Origin: Amoeboaphelidium protococcarum X5
Taxonomy: Eukaryota; Fungi; Aphelidiomycota
Reading direction: 5' to 3'
DNA: 64,000 nt
Assembly (NCBI GenBank): GCA_023515725.1
Contig: JALDTO010000025.1
Location: forward strand, 16,539 to 80,538
Part shown: in pieces, positions 41,601 to 56,481 of the stretch
Position numbering within the stretch: the stretch's first letter is position 1
Layout of the letters: each line of letters opens with the position of its first letter
Position numbers and translations under genes: made by a program
Notes under the pieces: model-generated
Seen by the model: only the letters and a program-made list of their open reading frames with translations
What the model was told of the DNA's origin: nothing
The model's database searches: none

Positions 41601-42942
41601 GAGGTAGTTGCTTGATGATAGTTTGACTTTGGACCCGCAGACATTGTGTCCACTGCAAGGCTATACTCGTGACTCTTAAGATTCTATACGCGAGAATGGT
41701 AAATCTTAATTATCCAGTTAATCGTCTGTTGACGTTAAGCAGACTAAAAATATGAATGCCAATGGTGGGATGAAAATGCAGAAGAAGAAAAAGTTTAGTG
41801 TTGCTAGTGGCATTTCAGGTATGAATGGTGGTCAGGATATCGTCATTGATGTTGATGGAATGCTTCCAGAGTATACTCTTGCATGTACTGGCGACGTGTT
41901 TTAATACTTGATTGGTAATTTGTCTTAGGATATGCTCAGACTATTTCTCTCAAAAACCTCAATTTATGCCAGAATGTCACCAGACTAGAAGTGTGAGCTG
42001 GTCGAAAGATTCATGTCTTTCGGGTACTGTGTGAGTATGGTTGGCGATGGCGCTAATGATTGTGCTGCCCTCAGAGCTTCTGATGTTGGAATATCACTGT
42101 CTGAAAATGAATCCTCCGTTGCTGCTCCTCTTACATCCACGGTGACTAATATAAGCTGTGTGCTGGATGTGGTAAGGTAAGGTAGAGCTGCTCTGGTTAC
42201 TAGCTTTACCTGCTTTAAGTTTATCGCTCTTTATAGCATGATCCAATTTACATCTGCATGTCTGCTGTATACTCTAACTGGAAATCTGGGAGACTTTTAG
42301 TACCTGTACATTGACGTGTTTCTCATTTTGCCATTAGCATTGTTCATGGGCAAGACTGAGGCTGCTGACGCGATAAGTATTCGGCGTCCGACAGCCAGTC
42401 TGGTATCGCGTAAAGTTATAGTTTCTCTTTTGGGATAGACAATGTTGCAGTTTGCATTTCAGTTGTCGCTATTCATGATTGTCAAGCAGTAGAGTTGGTA
42501 TGAACTTCCAGATAGAATGCCGGAGGAGAAGAATATCAGGAGCTTTGAGAACACTTGTCTCTTCAAATTCTCAACCTTCCTATACATGACAGTTGCAGTT
42601 GTATTTAATCGTGGCCCACCGTTTAGAAAGGCGATTTATACCAATGCTCCCTTTGTGATCTCTGTCATTGTCTTGCTGTGCATTTCTGTGATGTTTGTCC
42701 TCTGGCCGCCTCAGTTTGTCAAGAATGTTCTCGAGTTTGAGGAAATACCTCCAGTGTTTGGTTTATTCATTCTGGCTCTTGCCGCAGTTGCTTTTACACT
42801 CTCCTGGCTGTCTGAATATGTCTTATTCCCGATTATTGATCGTTCCATAGGTCGCCTAAGTGGTGCCATTTCCCGAGTGCACAGGTTGACGCGAAGAGAC
42901 ATTCATTATCATCAGCTAGATGATAGCCATCAATAGTAGTGA
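38686..42942 (+). CDS. YPK9: P5B-type ATPase, Ypk9/ATP13A family (1418 aa, intronless)
   Basis: [15 protein letters not shown] (P5B), [25 protein letters not shown]. Confidence 0.93.
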
Positions 42943-43180
42943 ATTTGCACCTTATAATATTAATTACATGTACTCTATGTTATAATATGACTTGTGATTT
43001 ATTTATATTGCTTTTATGACTTACTTTGTATCATTAGATTCAATTCGCTGTAGTATCATCTCGTCCAGGGACATCCCTTAAGAGAGCTCTACTTTATCAT
43101 TCGCGTGTTTTCAGTCATTACTGTCTCATCTGAATTAACTTCATTGACTATATTTAAAGCACTGGCTTATTCATATTGAT

Positions 43181-44758
43181 ATGACAAATACAGCAAGAGC
43201 TCCTGTGGTGGAAAATTAGCACAATATAGATAATTAGAAAGTTGATGAGGAAGAGTTTGAGACTCCAGAAGGAACTGTGGATGTTTCATTGACTTCATTC
43301 GACCAAGAGATCCTCCTGGAACTGCAGGACACCCTGGACACTGTGTCTGTTGGTCAGTCATTATCGCAGCGGTTGTAAGAGTTCTAATCTGAAATGGATA
43401 TTACTCAACTTAAAGAGAGACTTGATTCGTATGTGGATCGTATGTTAAAGTGCTAACAATTGCTGGACAATACGATGTAATAGATGAATGTTAGGAATGA
43501 GACTTATCTCAAGGATATTGCTGCACAAGAGAAACTAAAGAGGAAATTACTTATTACTATTAAAGACTAAAGTTAAAAGGTGGTTCATTTGGAATCTAAA
43601 TTAAGTCTGTCGAATTAAAGAGTGTAATAGCTGGAGAGTGAGGTGTCTGCATTGAAAGCTAAATACCCCCATAGTGTTGAAACTCAGAATACCGAAGTGA
43701 GTCTGTTAAAACAACACAATGCTAAAATGATTGAAAAGATGAAATATGCTCAGGCAATTAAGTAGAAGTGGTTATAGGCAGAATTGGATAAAGAAGCTCT
43801 GTAGAAGGAGTTAAAGTCTTTGAAGCGTGAGGTATAGTCTACGCGTTCTGGCCAGGAGAATATGGAGGATGATTCACGGTTTAATCAGAGCAAGTCTAAT
43901 GTAACTATACTTAATGATTAGTAATTTATTGACACTTTAGAATCTGCACTGGATTGTTTGAATATTCAAAGAGGACATGGTAAGGATGAAGAATCTGTTG
44001 GAATGCAGATTGTCGCTCTGTATGAACACGCAATGCTTTTGTAAGAGTAGAATCAACTTCTAAAAGAGGATCTGTAACATTAGAAAGATTAATACACACA
44101 ACTCGTTTAAAGCAGTTAGGAGCGTATTTAATCACAAGTAGGTGCTGGTAAGTTGGTCAAATCACTTGATTAAAAGTTGGTTCTGATCAAGTAGAAGTAT
44201 GAAGAGATGATTCAGTAATTACTGTCTACACTCAAGGATCAGTAGACTGCGATTAATGATAAGAATGTCATTATTCAACAATTGTCTCAGAAGTTTAAGA
44301 TTCCAGAAATTTTGATAAAGTAGTCTAGTGGAAATTTGATTGAAGCAACTGATAACAGTCACGTTCAGGCCTAGTAGTAGTAATAATAATAGCATGATGG
44401 TGGTGGATCTAAAGCTGATCTGGACTCTCAAGTTCAATCACCATCTAACCTGAAAGAGCGTAAAGCATCGTCGTTACTACAAGTCACTGATAAATCCATG
44501 CTGCGCTTGGACATTATAGATGCCAAGAATGGAGGTTTAAAAAGTCCGTCCATGACTCTTCTATCCCCCAAATCTTCTAAAAGTCAACTGCTTGCCATCA
44601 GAAAGTCAAGTTCAGATTTAGCTCCGCGTAAATTGAGCTTTGAGCACGCCAAGTCCACCTCTGACTTGGTTGATTCTGGTGCGCACGGGTCAGACAATTA
44701 CTCTCGTCCTGTCAGTCCTCCACTCTATAAATCTCAGTCTTCCATACTTTTGGATTGA
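43181..44758 (+). CDS. Hypothetical coiled-coil protein (525 aa)
   Basis: Open frame with TAR=Gln; long heptad E/K/Q/L stretch followed by an SP-rich tail. Confidence 0.65.
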
Positions 44759-44897
44759 TTGAATGACTCTTTAACTTAATGTAAAGTTGCTCGAGTTGAT
44801 ACTAACTTGCCGTTTCACTTTGAACGTTTCTCCTTCTCATTTAAACGCGTTCTGCTCTTTCAAAGACAACACCCGATAAAATAATACAGCAGAGGAT

Positions 44898-45524
44898 ATG
44901 AAAGGCAATTAAGACTGGGCAATTCCAAATATAAATAGTCTAAAGTCTCAGCAGAGCAGACTTTTGTAAATTAAAGAGGAAATTGAGATTGCCTCCGACT
45001 TTGACTCTTCTTAATCTACTGGTGACGTTGAAAACGCGTAACCGATAGTCAACATCTTATCTAAATATCCGGTGCAAGAGCCTCTGTATAAACGTTTAAA
45101 AAGGTACTGTAATATACATTTACTAGAGTAAAATTGTAATCAAGTAAAACAATGTAGTAATAATCAGGAAGTGAGTAAGACTGGAAGATTTACACAGTAA
45201 TGGAACGAGTTTGTTGATGACATGCACCGGGCCACAGTATCCTTTGAAACAATGACAAGTCAGCCGGTAATGGATCTGTTGATTGTGGAAGTCACGGCCT
45301 AAACTGACCGATATCTTGAAGGAACGTGTCGGCCAACTGAAGGCTCTGATGATCATGATGATGGAGATGATGAAACACAAAAGATTGGCCGATTCTTGAT
45401 GGAATGTAAGCGGAGCGAATAGACGAAACGGTTGATCGGCTAACTACCTTGTGTTATATCCTGTTACTAGCCATGCTCTCGTGTCGGGGATTTAGTTATC
45501 ATTTCCAACTATATAATTAAATGA
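44898..45524 (+). CDS. Hypothetical protein (190 aa)
   Basis: ATG at 44898; intron 45104-45157 (GTACTG...ATGTAG) restores the frame; TGA at 45522. Confidence 0.5.
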
Positions 45525-45758
45525 TACTGTATCAAGAATTTTAATTAAGCTTAACTTTACTCTACATGTAAGCTCAGATTGATACACTCGGAAATTACAC
45601 GTTGTAAGGAGAGAATGCGTGTGCTTGAATTCTTGTGACTCTCCTGATCAGATTTTAAGCAACTCTTCTTTTACGCGTTTTTCATCTCTACTGTGATATA
45701 TAAACTAAAAAGCACATAGCTTTAGTATTTAAACTATTTAAATATAATCAAATCTTAG

Positions 45759-46766
<1,008 letters not shown>

Positions 46767-46822
46767 TTGATTGATTATATACATTTTATTAAATAGATAG
46801 ATTGATTGATTGAGATATGTCA

Positions 46823-47488
46823 TCATTTTCTTAATTTGTTGCTTCCCTTGTTGAAGAGACTCTTGAAGTTGAAGCTCTACTTTTTACCGCCATCCTTAAT
46901 TGGTTGATGAGCAGATTTCCCGCTTGTGGAAACGGCCTTTACATTCGCAGTCGATACTTCCCTGCAGTGCCTTTTAGATGCACCGGGCAATTTCATAATC
47001 ATTCCACAATTGTGGCACTTGATAGACTACACACGCGTCATATCATTTACATTACTTAGATTGAATAAGATTCAAAAAATGAAGTTTACAATGTAATTTT
47101 TATGCGTGCGCTGATATTTGGCTTTAGTGATCGAACGATTGATCCATTATTACTATGCTGATACAGGCTCGCATGTATTATTTCCACTCGCAGAAGACTT
47201 TGATCGTTATCGCTTTATTGTTACCACTCTTTAGGTGCAATTTTAGCCAGGTATTAATAAGATATCACACTGGGAGCATATTTATCTCTCAATCTTTGGT
47301 GACATCACCGCGTTAGATTCCACGACTTGATCTTGAAAACATCGACTACAAACTCTCATTATAATCACTATGTTTAGATATATATTGAGCATTTAATCTC
47401 ACTTAAAATATGTAGATAGAGCGGATAAAGATTTCTACTCACTATTTTGGCTCAGCGACGCGTAAAATTAAGTTCTATGCTCATCCAT
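46823..47488 (-). CDS. RPR2: RNase P/MRP subunit, Rpr2/Rpp21/Snm1 family
   Basis: PKIERQICSQCDILLIPGQNC...IKCHNCG zinc ribbon; introns 47346-47402 and 47027-47089. Confidence 0.75.
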
Positions 47489-47644
47489 CTCCTTTGCAAA
47501 TTCAAATTGCATCAAGTTTGATAAGTTAAAATGAAAAAAGTTGAAAACTCTTTGCAGTAGACGTTTTCATGTTGCATAGAAAAATAAGAAAATTGTGTTG
47601 AATCCCTGTAACTAAAAAGTCGCCTTATATTATGATGTGCGTTT

Positions 47645-49951
47645 TCATGCTTCAGTCTCAATATTATCTTGAGGATGTTCTTCAACTTCCATCACCTGCT
47701 CCTTCTCTGGTGGAATCTACGAACTCTCTGCGGATGCCTATTCTGCAGTGTCAGTAGATTTCTTCTCTTCTTCAGTAGTCTCAACTTTAACTGGCGGTGG
47801 AGGAGGTGGAGCCAAGTATGACTTGAATTCTTCCAATTTCTTGAGATATGCAGACTTGGTGGCCTCTTCTCCTTCTCCGTACAGCCACTCTTCACAGTCA
47901 TTCAACTCTTTCAATATCTTCTGAGCATCCTGAGGATTCTTGAGTAGCTGCTAGTCAGACGCATCTCCCTCCAACTTGCCGCGCAGCTCATATACAAACT
48001 CTTCTAAAGAGTTACGCGCGTCTTCAGTCTCCTTCACCAACTTGTCGGAAGAGTTCATCTGAGCTTCATCCTCACGGTATTGCTCTCTCACTTTTCTGTC
48101 CAGAGCATGGACTTTAGATGAAACTGGCAACTCCTTCTTCACAGTCTTTGTCTTGGTGACCTATTTCATTGGAACCTCTTTCTTGACTTCTTACTTTGAC
48201 TTCTTCTCACCTTATGCCGCATCACCACCAGTCTTGTTCTCAACATCCATCTCATCACTACTACCACCATTCTTTGCAGCCTATTCTGCTGGCTCTTCCA
48301 CTTCCATGTTAGTGGCAGCCTACTTCTTCTCTGCCTCTTTCTGCGCCTTCAGAGCCTCTTCATCAGGCACCATCTCGGTATAAGTAACTTCATCCTGAAC
48401 ATAAGCACTGCTCACTTCCAATACACCGCCAGGATTTAAGCGAATCTTCACCTTGACAGTCAGAGCCTCCTTCTTGGCAGGATCTTCACTTTACGCTTTA
48501 GATGCTTATTCCTGGACACCTTTGACAGAGTACTTGCCTAGGACCAATTCAGATCCAATAGGTAAAACACTTTCATCGCTATACTCGGCAACCAAGTCAA
48601 AGTCTTGATTGCGGTTAAACGTCAACAGCTTAGTGTTTGGGATAGTGGAATAGCTGGCAAAAGCAACCATCTCCTTCTACTCATTGACACCATTCTCATT
48701 CAGCATCTCATACTTCAACTTGATCGGGAATGGGTAGACATCATCAATTTTGAACTCACGGGTACGGAACACCGGACTCAGAATGGCACACATGAAAGTA
48801 CATCCCTTGGCCACACACTCATCCTAGTTCAGAGTAGTACTCAACTCTTTACCAAAGAACTAGCTGACTGCCGTCTTAACTGCTGGAATTCTTGTTGAAC
48901 CACCGACTATTTCCACAACATCGATATCCTCCTTAGACACACCGGCGATATCCAAAGCGCGTTACATTGGCACTAACACTCTTTCAATCAATGGCTGGAT
49001 CAGGCCTTCGAATTGAGGGCGTTCAATCATACTACTAACATCCTTGTCGTTCATCAGACACTCGACACTAAGCGGGGCCTGAAGGTTGGCACTGAGAATC
49101 TTCTTGGTCTTTTCACACGTCGATCTCAATCTGAACAGAGCCTTTGGATTGGAGCGAACGTCCATCTTGTACTTGGTTTAAATGTCCTTGACAAAGTAAT
49201 CAACCAGCACTTCATCGAAATTACGTCCACCCAGGTGACGGTCGTATGCAACACCCTTCACCATCATCTTTCCCTTCTGATATCCGACTATAGAGACGGA
49301 GGTATCAGATTAACCAATGTCCACGAAAGCGACATACTTGATAGGTGGACCGGATTTACCATCAGCAGCTTCAGGATCTGGCAGATCAGTCTTAGTAATA
49401 CCCCACTGCAGAGCGGAGGCAGTAACATCTGGAATCAATCTCAATGCCTTCACACCCGCAATATCTGCAGCATCAATCAAAGCGCGTCTCTGAGCATCAG
49501 TAAAATAGAGAGGAACACTAATCACACAATCGGTGACTACAGATTTCAACTCCTACTCCGTGATCTACTTCAACTTGTTAATATACATAGCCATCAGCTG
49601 AGTGTAAGAGAAGACGCGCTCTTCATTCTAGAACTGAACCTTGGCACCAATCTCATTACCGCCGTTGATCGGCACCAGTTCGCAATTCAAATACTTGGCC
49701 TCGATGTCCGTCACATCCTTCTCTGAGAACTTGCGACCAATTAATCTCTTCAGCGAGCCAACAGTGTTCTTGAAATTACCCAGTTCCATACTCTTTGCAG
49801 ATTCACCAATGTGTCTCTGCTTTGGGCCGAAGCTGACCAGGGACGGCGTGGCTCTATTACTGACTTCATTACATATAACATCGACACCGCGATTACGGGC
49901 CACAGCGATGATGCTGTTCATGTTTCCAATGTCAAATCCCACCACAGACAT
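47645..49951 (-). CDS. SSE1: Hsp110 chaperone / nucleotide exchange factor (768 aa)
   Basis: MSVVGFDIGN...VARNRGVDVICNEVSNRATPSLVSFG; WGITKTDLP; EEWLYGEGEE. Confidence 0.96.
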
Positions 49952-50308
49952 TTTGCAACTTTAATATCTATAAGAAAATTCTACGTTGTTGTAGAGGAAA
50001 GAAATATGACTTTGATGCAGAGATAAAAGATTTAATTAGCTAGGGTCCTCTCTTTATTCTTTGCACGATTCAAGTTGATTTTTCACGAGATTGTTCCTTT
50101 GTGATCGATAAAGTTCTTACTTCTCTCTCACTCTCACTGTCTCGTTCTCTTTCTCTAGTTGGCAATAGAGAAGTCTCGGGAAAGTTTAACGCGTTTTGTG
50201 ACCAAGATCTGTTTCATGTTCATTTAGATAAATTTAGAATGGAACGGCAATAGATGGTACTACTACGTTGGCAATATTTAATCAATTTTTACACGGTCAA
50301 TCAATTAA

Positions 50309-52123
50309 TCAATCATCAAGAATGTCATCGATGGCAATGTACCAATCATTATTCTACTCAAGGATCGGTTATACAGTTGAAAGGGGCATATTGTGATCTT
50401 GATTTTCTTGTTGATCGTCCACTGTAGACGCGTGCATGTCAATGTAACCACCACTGGCATTGTTATAATTGACACCATAGCTCAAATAGTCTGGCTTATT
50501 ATGAGATCGCTGGATTCGATGAGTGTAAAATTCAGTTTCAAGTACACTGCTGGCTGACCATCCATAAATCGCGCTTAGATTTCTCCCATTTTACCTTAAA
50601 GCCTACAGTGACTTTCCTCTATCAACCTCGCAGCTTTTGATGAGAGACTTTTTCATAGATTAGAATCCTTTCATCTGTTGCCTATCAACACTAAGAGAGT
50701 ATACAATCTGGCGAATTAAACAATGATAATACAGCGTATCCAGAACTTTACTTGCATGAAGCGGATGATATTGGTGTTCCAGGCGAGAAATTACTTGTAG
50801 ACACTCAGAGAGGGAATCTAATGTAGAGAACGCTGGCAAGTTGGTATAGAGCAGAGAGGTCAGCATTGGGAAATTTAGTGAGAGATTATCAATCAATCCA
50901 TTTAAATCAAAGTCTAACGGTGGCAACTGATTTTCTTACTGCTGATTATGAGAGCTGACGCGTTTACAGTAAAGAATTTTACCCAGCGTGTGCCAGACAT
51001 TGAACAATGATTAGTTATAGGCGTTAAAGCATACAGTTTGATGACCAGATGCAGAATTCACATTCTAACTAGATTAGTAAAAGAATTGCATGCTATTGAT
51101 GGCGTGTCTTATGTCGCCATTGCTAGAACCAATAAGTTGGTCCAATACATTTTGAGGCATTTAAGAAGTGGATTCTCCGCCAAGTTCCTTCTACCAAATC
51201 TGCTTTAAACACTTTGACATGGCGCTTTTAGTCACCGGATTTACGTGTAAGATTTTCACCTTTTTATAGTTCTAGAATACTACTCTTGTGAGGAAATAAT
51301 GCTGATCTAATAGTTCCGAAGCAGAATCAGAAGCACCACTGAAATGCATATCAGTGACGAAGAAGATAATCTTGGCATGATGACTGCGACGTAAAGAGAT
51401 CTAATACCAGTTCTAAAGTATTCTGGTGAAATTTAGTTTCATCTACAGATTAGACAAGACTGGAATATCTTTAATTAACGCAACAGTTCTCTACTTAACA
51501 TTGCTCTGCGAGAGGACACTTAAGCGCTAACGAGAAGGAGAACTGAAAGGCGACGACGTTGAAACAGAGTCAGATCCGATCTACGGCTAAAGGATGTCAG
51601 TAGACGCGTACTTTAGTTGATGTATGAACTATTCAAACTACTTCAATGCAGTCACATACTCTCCATCTGAATAGCAATTATCATTAATAGGATTGATCCA
51701 TTCTAGAGTCCTCAAGCCCATATCTCCGGCAATCATACTCGTGGCTGTGTACTTGCCACTCCCGCTCTATCCATGAATGATCAAACACAGCTGATCACCA
51801 CGCAGAAAGTCTCGAATTTCGTTCTACTTGGCCTTTGCTAAAATATTCAAGTCAGTCTACACATCCATTAAGAATAAAATGTCTTTATAATCATTTACAA
51901 TGTACTAACCATAGATTTAGGAGCGTATCTCTCCGTCCACAAGTCTTTTGAGAGTCCAATGTCCGCCACGCCTTGTTACGAGATCTCTTGACTAACATTG
52001 GTAGCTTAAAATTATCGTTCTGGGGAAGCGGTATACTACAAAGAAGTCTACCAAATTTCAAATTATATAGGTCATTAGGACGGTATATAAGATGTCTACC
52101 TTTAGCCGTTTACGACCTTTCAT
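50309..52123 (-). CDS. RAD17: Checkpoint clamp loader Rad17 (yeast Rad24)
   Basis: LWTERYAPKS, IIHGQSGSGK, LEWINP, GDIRHAINSMQF, FNVWHTLGKILYCKR, acidic end IDDILDD*; introns 52036-52099 and 51857-51909. Confidence 0.85.
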
Positions 52124-52315
52124 ATTATTTTTTTGGTTAGTATAGTTATTGTAAAAGCACAGAGAGATTGAAGCGCGTTAATCGAAACAGGAGATAAGTA
52201 ATAAAAGCCTCGTTTCGCTATTAAAAGGGTCAAATCTACTAATCGTTATTATTATTCTTCTTCATTGGTCGATATTTTCACTGGCATATGCACTGGCATA
52301 TGGATGGCACATCCA

Positions 52316-54502
52316 TCACACACCACCGTTACTTCTTTCCGGAACATCGTGCTTCACAGCGAGATCGTAAACTTCATCCAGCCTGGAGCCAAGATGAGTT
52401 TCATGACGCACTTCATCCACTCGCTGCATGACATCCAGGAATTCATCGAAATCCACAAGTCCATTCTTGTTCACATCAATCTCTTTCATAATGTCATTTA
52501 GACTAGGTATGGACACTGCGGCACCGATTCGTTGAAACAGCTTGATCAAATCACTGGTTGTAATGATTCCATCCTTGTCCTTGTCAGCGTCGGTAAATGC
52601 AACTCTAAACTTTTCCAACTCTTCCGGCTTGTAAATATTTCTAGATGAGACAATTTTAAGTCCCATAGTCTCCAAGAACTGCTTGGCTTTCTTAATTTCC
52701 TGCTACTTGCGCTAATCAGACCAATTAAATTCTTCAGCCATAATGTCAACCACTCTAGACAGGCAGTGCTTTGCAGCGGCGGCATTCAGAAAGGCAAGCC
52801 TTGTGCGGCGAGCCAGAACGTCGACTGCAGTTCTTGCATACTCCCTTCTGACGGCGTATCTCACCTCAGCCTCAATGAACAAGTAAGGATAAGAGAGACG
52901 CTTTCCATACAGAGGCCATCTCTACTCAGTCTTGCTGGACATTGAAGCCACGGCAAAGGCGCGATCTCCATAATTATGGATCAGGTGCTGGGAAACTTCA
53001 GTCTCCATGCCAAAATGCTGAATTAATCTAATGTAAGACAGCGGATTGTAATGATGAGATCCAATCAATAGTAGATCTTCAGTCTAGCAAGGATGCTGAG
53101 GCTTCAACTTGTACATATCAATAGCCATGTCGACAGCCTCTTCGGCCATCTTGCGATAAGTCGTCCACTTACCACCGGCCACAGTCAACAATCCAGATGG
53201 ACTAGAAAGTATCAGATGCGAACGCACAAGACTTTGAGTATTCGTAGCATTTGGATTCTTAACCAACGGTCTAATACCTGTCCAAGCACTAAGCACATCA
53301 CCTCTCCTGACCAGAATCGATGGATCCAAGTAATGAGACACTTCGGACAGAATAAACTCGATCTCCTCCTCTTTCGGCTTTGGGTCATAAGTAATCTCAG
53401 TCGGAGCATCAGTTGTACCAGCCACAGTATTCGACTCCCATGGCAAGAAGAAAATCACTCTACCATCAGATGTGGCCGGATCAATAAGACCCATATGTTC
53501 AGGACTGAAGTAATGTGGCAAGACGATATGTGTTCCCGAAGATGCAGCAATAATCTTGGTACATTGAGGGTCATCCATCTATCGAATCGCATCGACATAC
53601 GGTCCGGTAGCATTAACGACACCCTTAGCTCTGATGGCCCACTCCTTACCAGTAAATTCATCTTTCACCATGGCGCCACTTACTTTACCGTCTGCGCTCT
53701 TGGTCAGCTTAGTCACTTCGACATGATTAGCCAGGTGAGCTCCATGATACGCTGCAGTTAATGCCAGAGCAACATTCATACGCGAATCATTCTACTAGCC
53801 GTCATAATAAACCACCGCACCAACCAAGCCATCAGACTTCAACATGGGAAACTCTTTCAAAGCCTTAGTCTTGGTCAGCAGATACGAGGATTCCAGTCCT
53901 CTGCTGCCAGCTACTAAATCATACGCCTTGGTACCAGCCCAGTAATAAGGCAGCAGATACCACTTGTAAATGGGACACATAATTGGGAGTTGAGAAGTGA
54001 GATAGGGAGCAATCTTTAGAACGGTAAATCTCTCACTAAGTGCCTCTTACACCAGTTTATACTATTCCCAGTCGAGATTCCATACGGCCTTCTCCAGATA
54101 TCTCACACCGCCATGGACTAGCTTTGTACTCTTACTAGACGTTCCCGATGCAAAATCATCTCGCTCCACCAGAGCAACCTTAAGTCCTCTACTAGCTGCA
54201 TCCACAGCCACTCCACAGCCAGTAGCACCTCCACCAATAATCAGCAGATCATATTCCACATCTTTTTAGTGCATCGACTCAATCATATCTTCCCGGGAGG
54301 GTCCAGTCCACAAAGTGATATTATCGTGAATATCTTTCTACAGATCATGAGTCTTCTTGTCAACATTTGATGGTCTACTATTTACCTGGGACTCCAATCT
54401 TAGTCGATGCTTGTCACTCTAGAGCTTATGATAAATGCCATACGATCCAACACCCAGAACACTGGCAGCGGTCAATCTAAATAAGGTTTTGCTTTTAAAC
54501 AT
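52316..54502 (-). CDS. GUT2: Mitochondrial FAD glycerol-3-phosphate dehydrogenase with C-terminal EF-hands (728 aa)
   Basis: [33 protein letters not shown]; EF loops [12 protein letters not shown] and [12 protein letters not shown]; ends ERSNGGV. Confidence 0.96.
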
Positions 54503-55095
54503 CAACAATCACCAGATTCAATAAAAAATACTGATATAATTTGAGTCAACTGATGGATAGATATTAAGAACTAATTATTAACACAGACACAGTACTTTAT
54601 ACTATTAAATAACTAATTCTAATATAAATAAAGTAACTATATAGAACTGATATACTATATATATATGTCCACCGTTACGATCCCAAGAGGATAAAAATGA
54701 TGACGATGGCGATGTGTTGCCTGGTGCGTGTGAATAAAGAAACGAGAAAAAAGAAATTTCACACGACTTGATGATGACAGAAGTTTCATGGAAGAGAGTT
54801 GGATATTCGTTGTCTATTACGAACAATTTGGTGTGACAATTTTAATATATATTATTATAGATTTAAAGACTTTCTTTAACTGACTTTGTCGATTGAGTTG
54901 GGTACTTGATAAGAGATCAAATACTTGATCCTCTGCTGTACAGTAATTCTCGCGAGTGGATGCTAGATCTTGGCCAGGTTCGTTCTACGTGTATCGACAT
55001 CTAAAGAGAAAATCTTACCTTTTTTCTATATAAAATCGAGTTGACATATGAGACAGTTCATTCAGAAAAGACAAAAATGCATTTATTAAACGTAT

Positions 55096-55617
55096 TCATG
55101 GTTCCGGTTGAGAGGGTGAATACGGAGGAGGTTGAACAACGATAGTAGTGTGTTCAGGAGGGGGAGTGATTGAATATTTGGGCAGTGTAGCAGTTCGAGA
55201 ATCCGGATCATCCGCAGCAGACACTTGTGTTAGATCAATTTCTTCAGAATCGACTACTCGTCTCCCATATCTTGATGATGTTGATGCATTATTATTATTA
55301 TTACCGCCTGCAGATTGAACTTGCGTCATTGTTTATGACGTGTTTTCACCACCTCTACGCCTCCGTTGTCTCGATTCGCGGCGCATACACAACAATCGCT
55401 AAAAGTGCAGATATCTAAATAACAGTATTAGAAATATCACTCCAAATATATACAGTATCCAGTAAGGAAATTATATTCCCTCATCATCTGTATCATTATC
55501 GCGGTTTCTTTAAGCAGGCGGTGATGTGGTATTTTATGTAGGCGCAGTGATATTTTGTACCGGCAAGGTGGTATTCTATTGAGGTATGATTAACGAGCTA
55601 TTACCAAACGCATCCAT
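55096..55617 (-). CDS. Single-pass membrane protein with PY motifs (173 aa)
   Basis: N-terminal N-x-S/T sites, TM FPYWILYIFGVIFLILLF, basic stop-transfer, LPKY and PPPY motifs. Confidence 0.6.
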
Positions 55618-56067
55618 AGTATCCCAAATACACTTTTAGTTAAATATTAATCACAATACAAAATTTTAACCAAAATAGTGATGAATTATTTGATAATGTC
55701 CTGATACTAAAAGACGTGCAGAATTTATACACACGTCTTGCATCAACAAGGGAAGAAACAATCCAGAGAGCACTCCTGCGTTTTTCCATATTTTTGCCTA
55801 GTTTGCCACCGATCAATCCTTATTGAATCATTGTTCCTTACTCAATTAGTGCATGTAAATGTACATACAGATTTTGTTTTTATTACAGTGCCAAGTCTTT
55901 AAGTATTTGCGTGGACATCATTGCCCTCAAAATTTGGAGGATGATCACCAATGATTAGACGCGCCAGACTTGCCATTTCTTTCCGTCCTTTATTACTTCA
56001 TCAGCATTGCTCTATTGTGAAAAGACGTTTAAAATTTTGCTTTCATTATTGGATTATACCTTACGTA

Positions 56068-56361
56068 ATGGATAAGCATCCTCTTTTAGAGCCACTATAT
56101 GGCAAGAATGTGGAACCATTAGAACTCAGAATAATCCGATAAAATGTCGTGAATACCCTCAATAGTCATGACAAACTCGTGAAGGAGGCGATTGAGAATA
56201 ATGAAGTAAGTTCTCTCTTACACCATTAATGAATAGACTTTGGCAATATTGAATAATTTGTACATGTTATGAATGTGTAGACTCTAAACTAAACCAAGAT
56301 TCGACTTATGAAATAAATGTGTGGTTTACATTTCAAAGCAACGCGACCATAATCTAAATGA
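56068..56361 (+). CDS. Small hypothetical protein (may start at 55951)
   Basis: Intron-like segment 56206-56280 (GTAAGT...TGTGTAG) keeps the frame to TGA at 56359; no family recognised. Confidence 0.3.
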
Positions 56362-56481
56362 GCTTTCAAGGGTGATATAGTATGTAATATGTGCAATAAA
56401 TGTTTGAAAAAACAAGCTCTTTAAGCATTTAGTATCATTCATCAAATCAATTAATAAATAAGCTCACAGTTACAGTATAAA

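Noticed and set aside
49013-53761. Antisense ORFs of 237 aa (49013-49726) and 222 aa (53093-53761)
   Set aside because: They mirror SSE1 and GUT2 codon structure and show no recognisable motifs.
54600-55090. Possible ncRNA/tRNA (GGTTCG followed by a T-run) in the intergenic region
   Set aside because: No cloverleaf or snRNA signature could be built.
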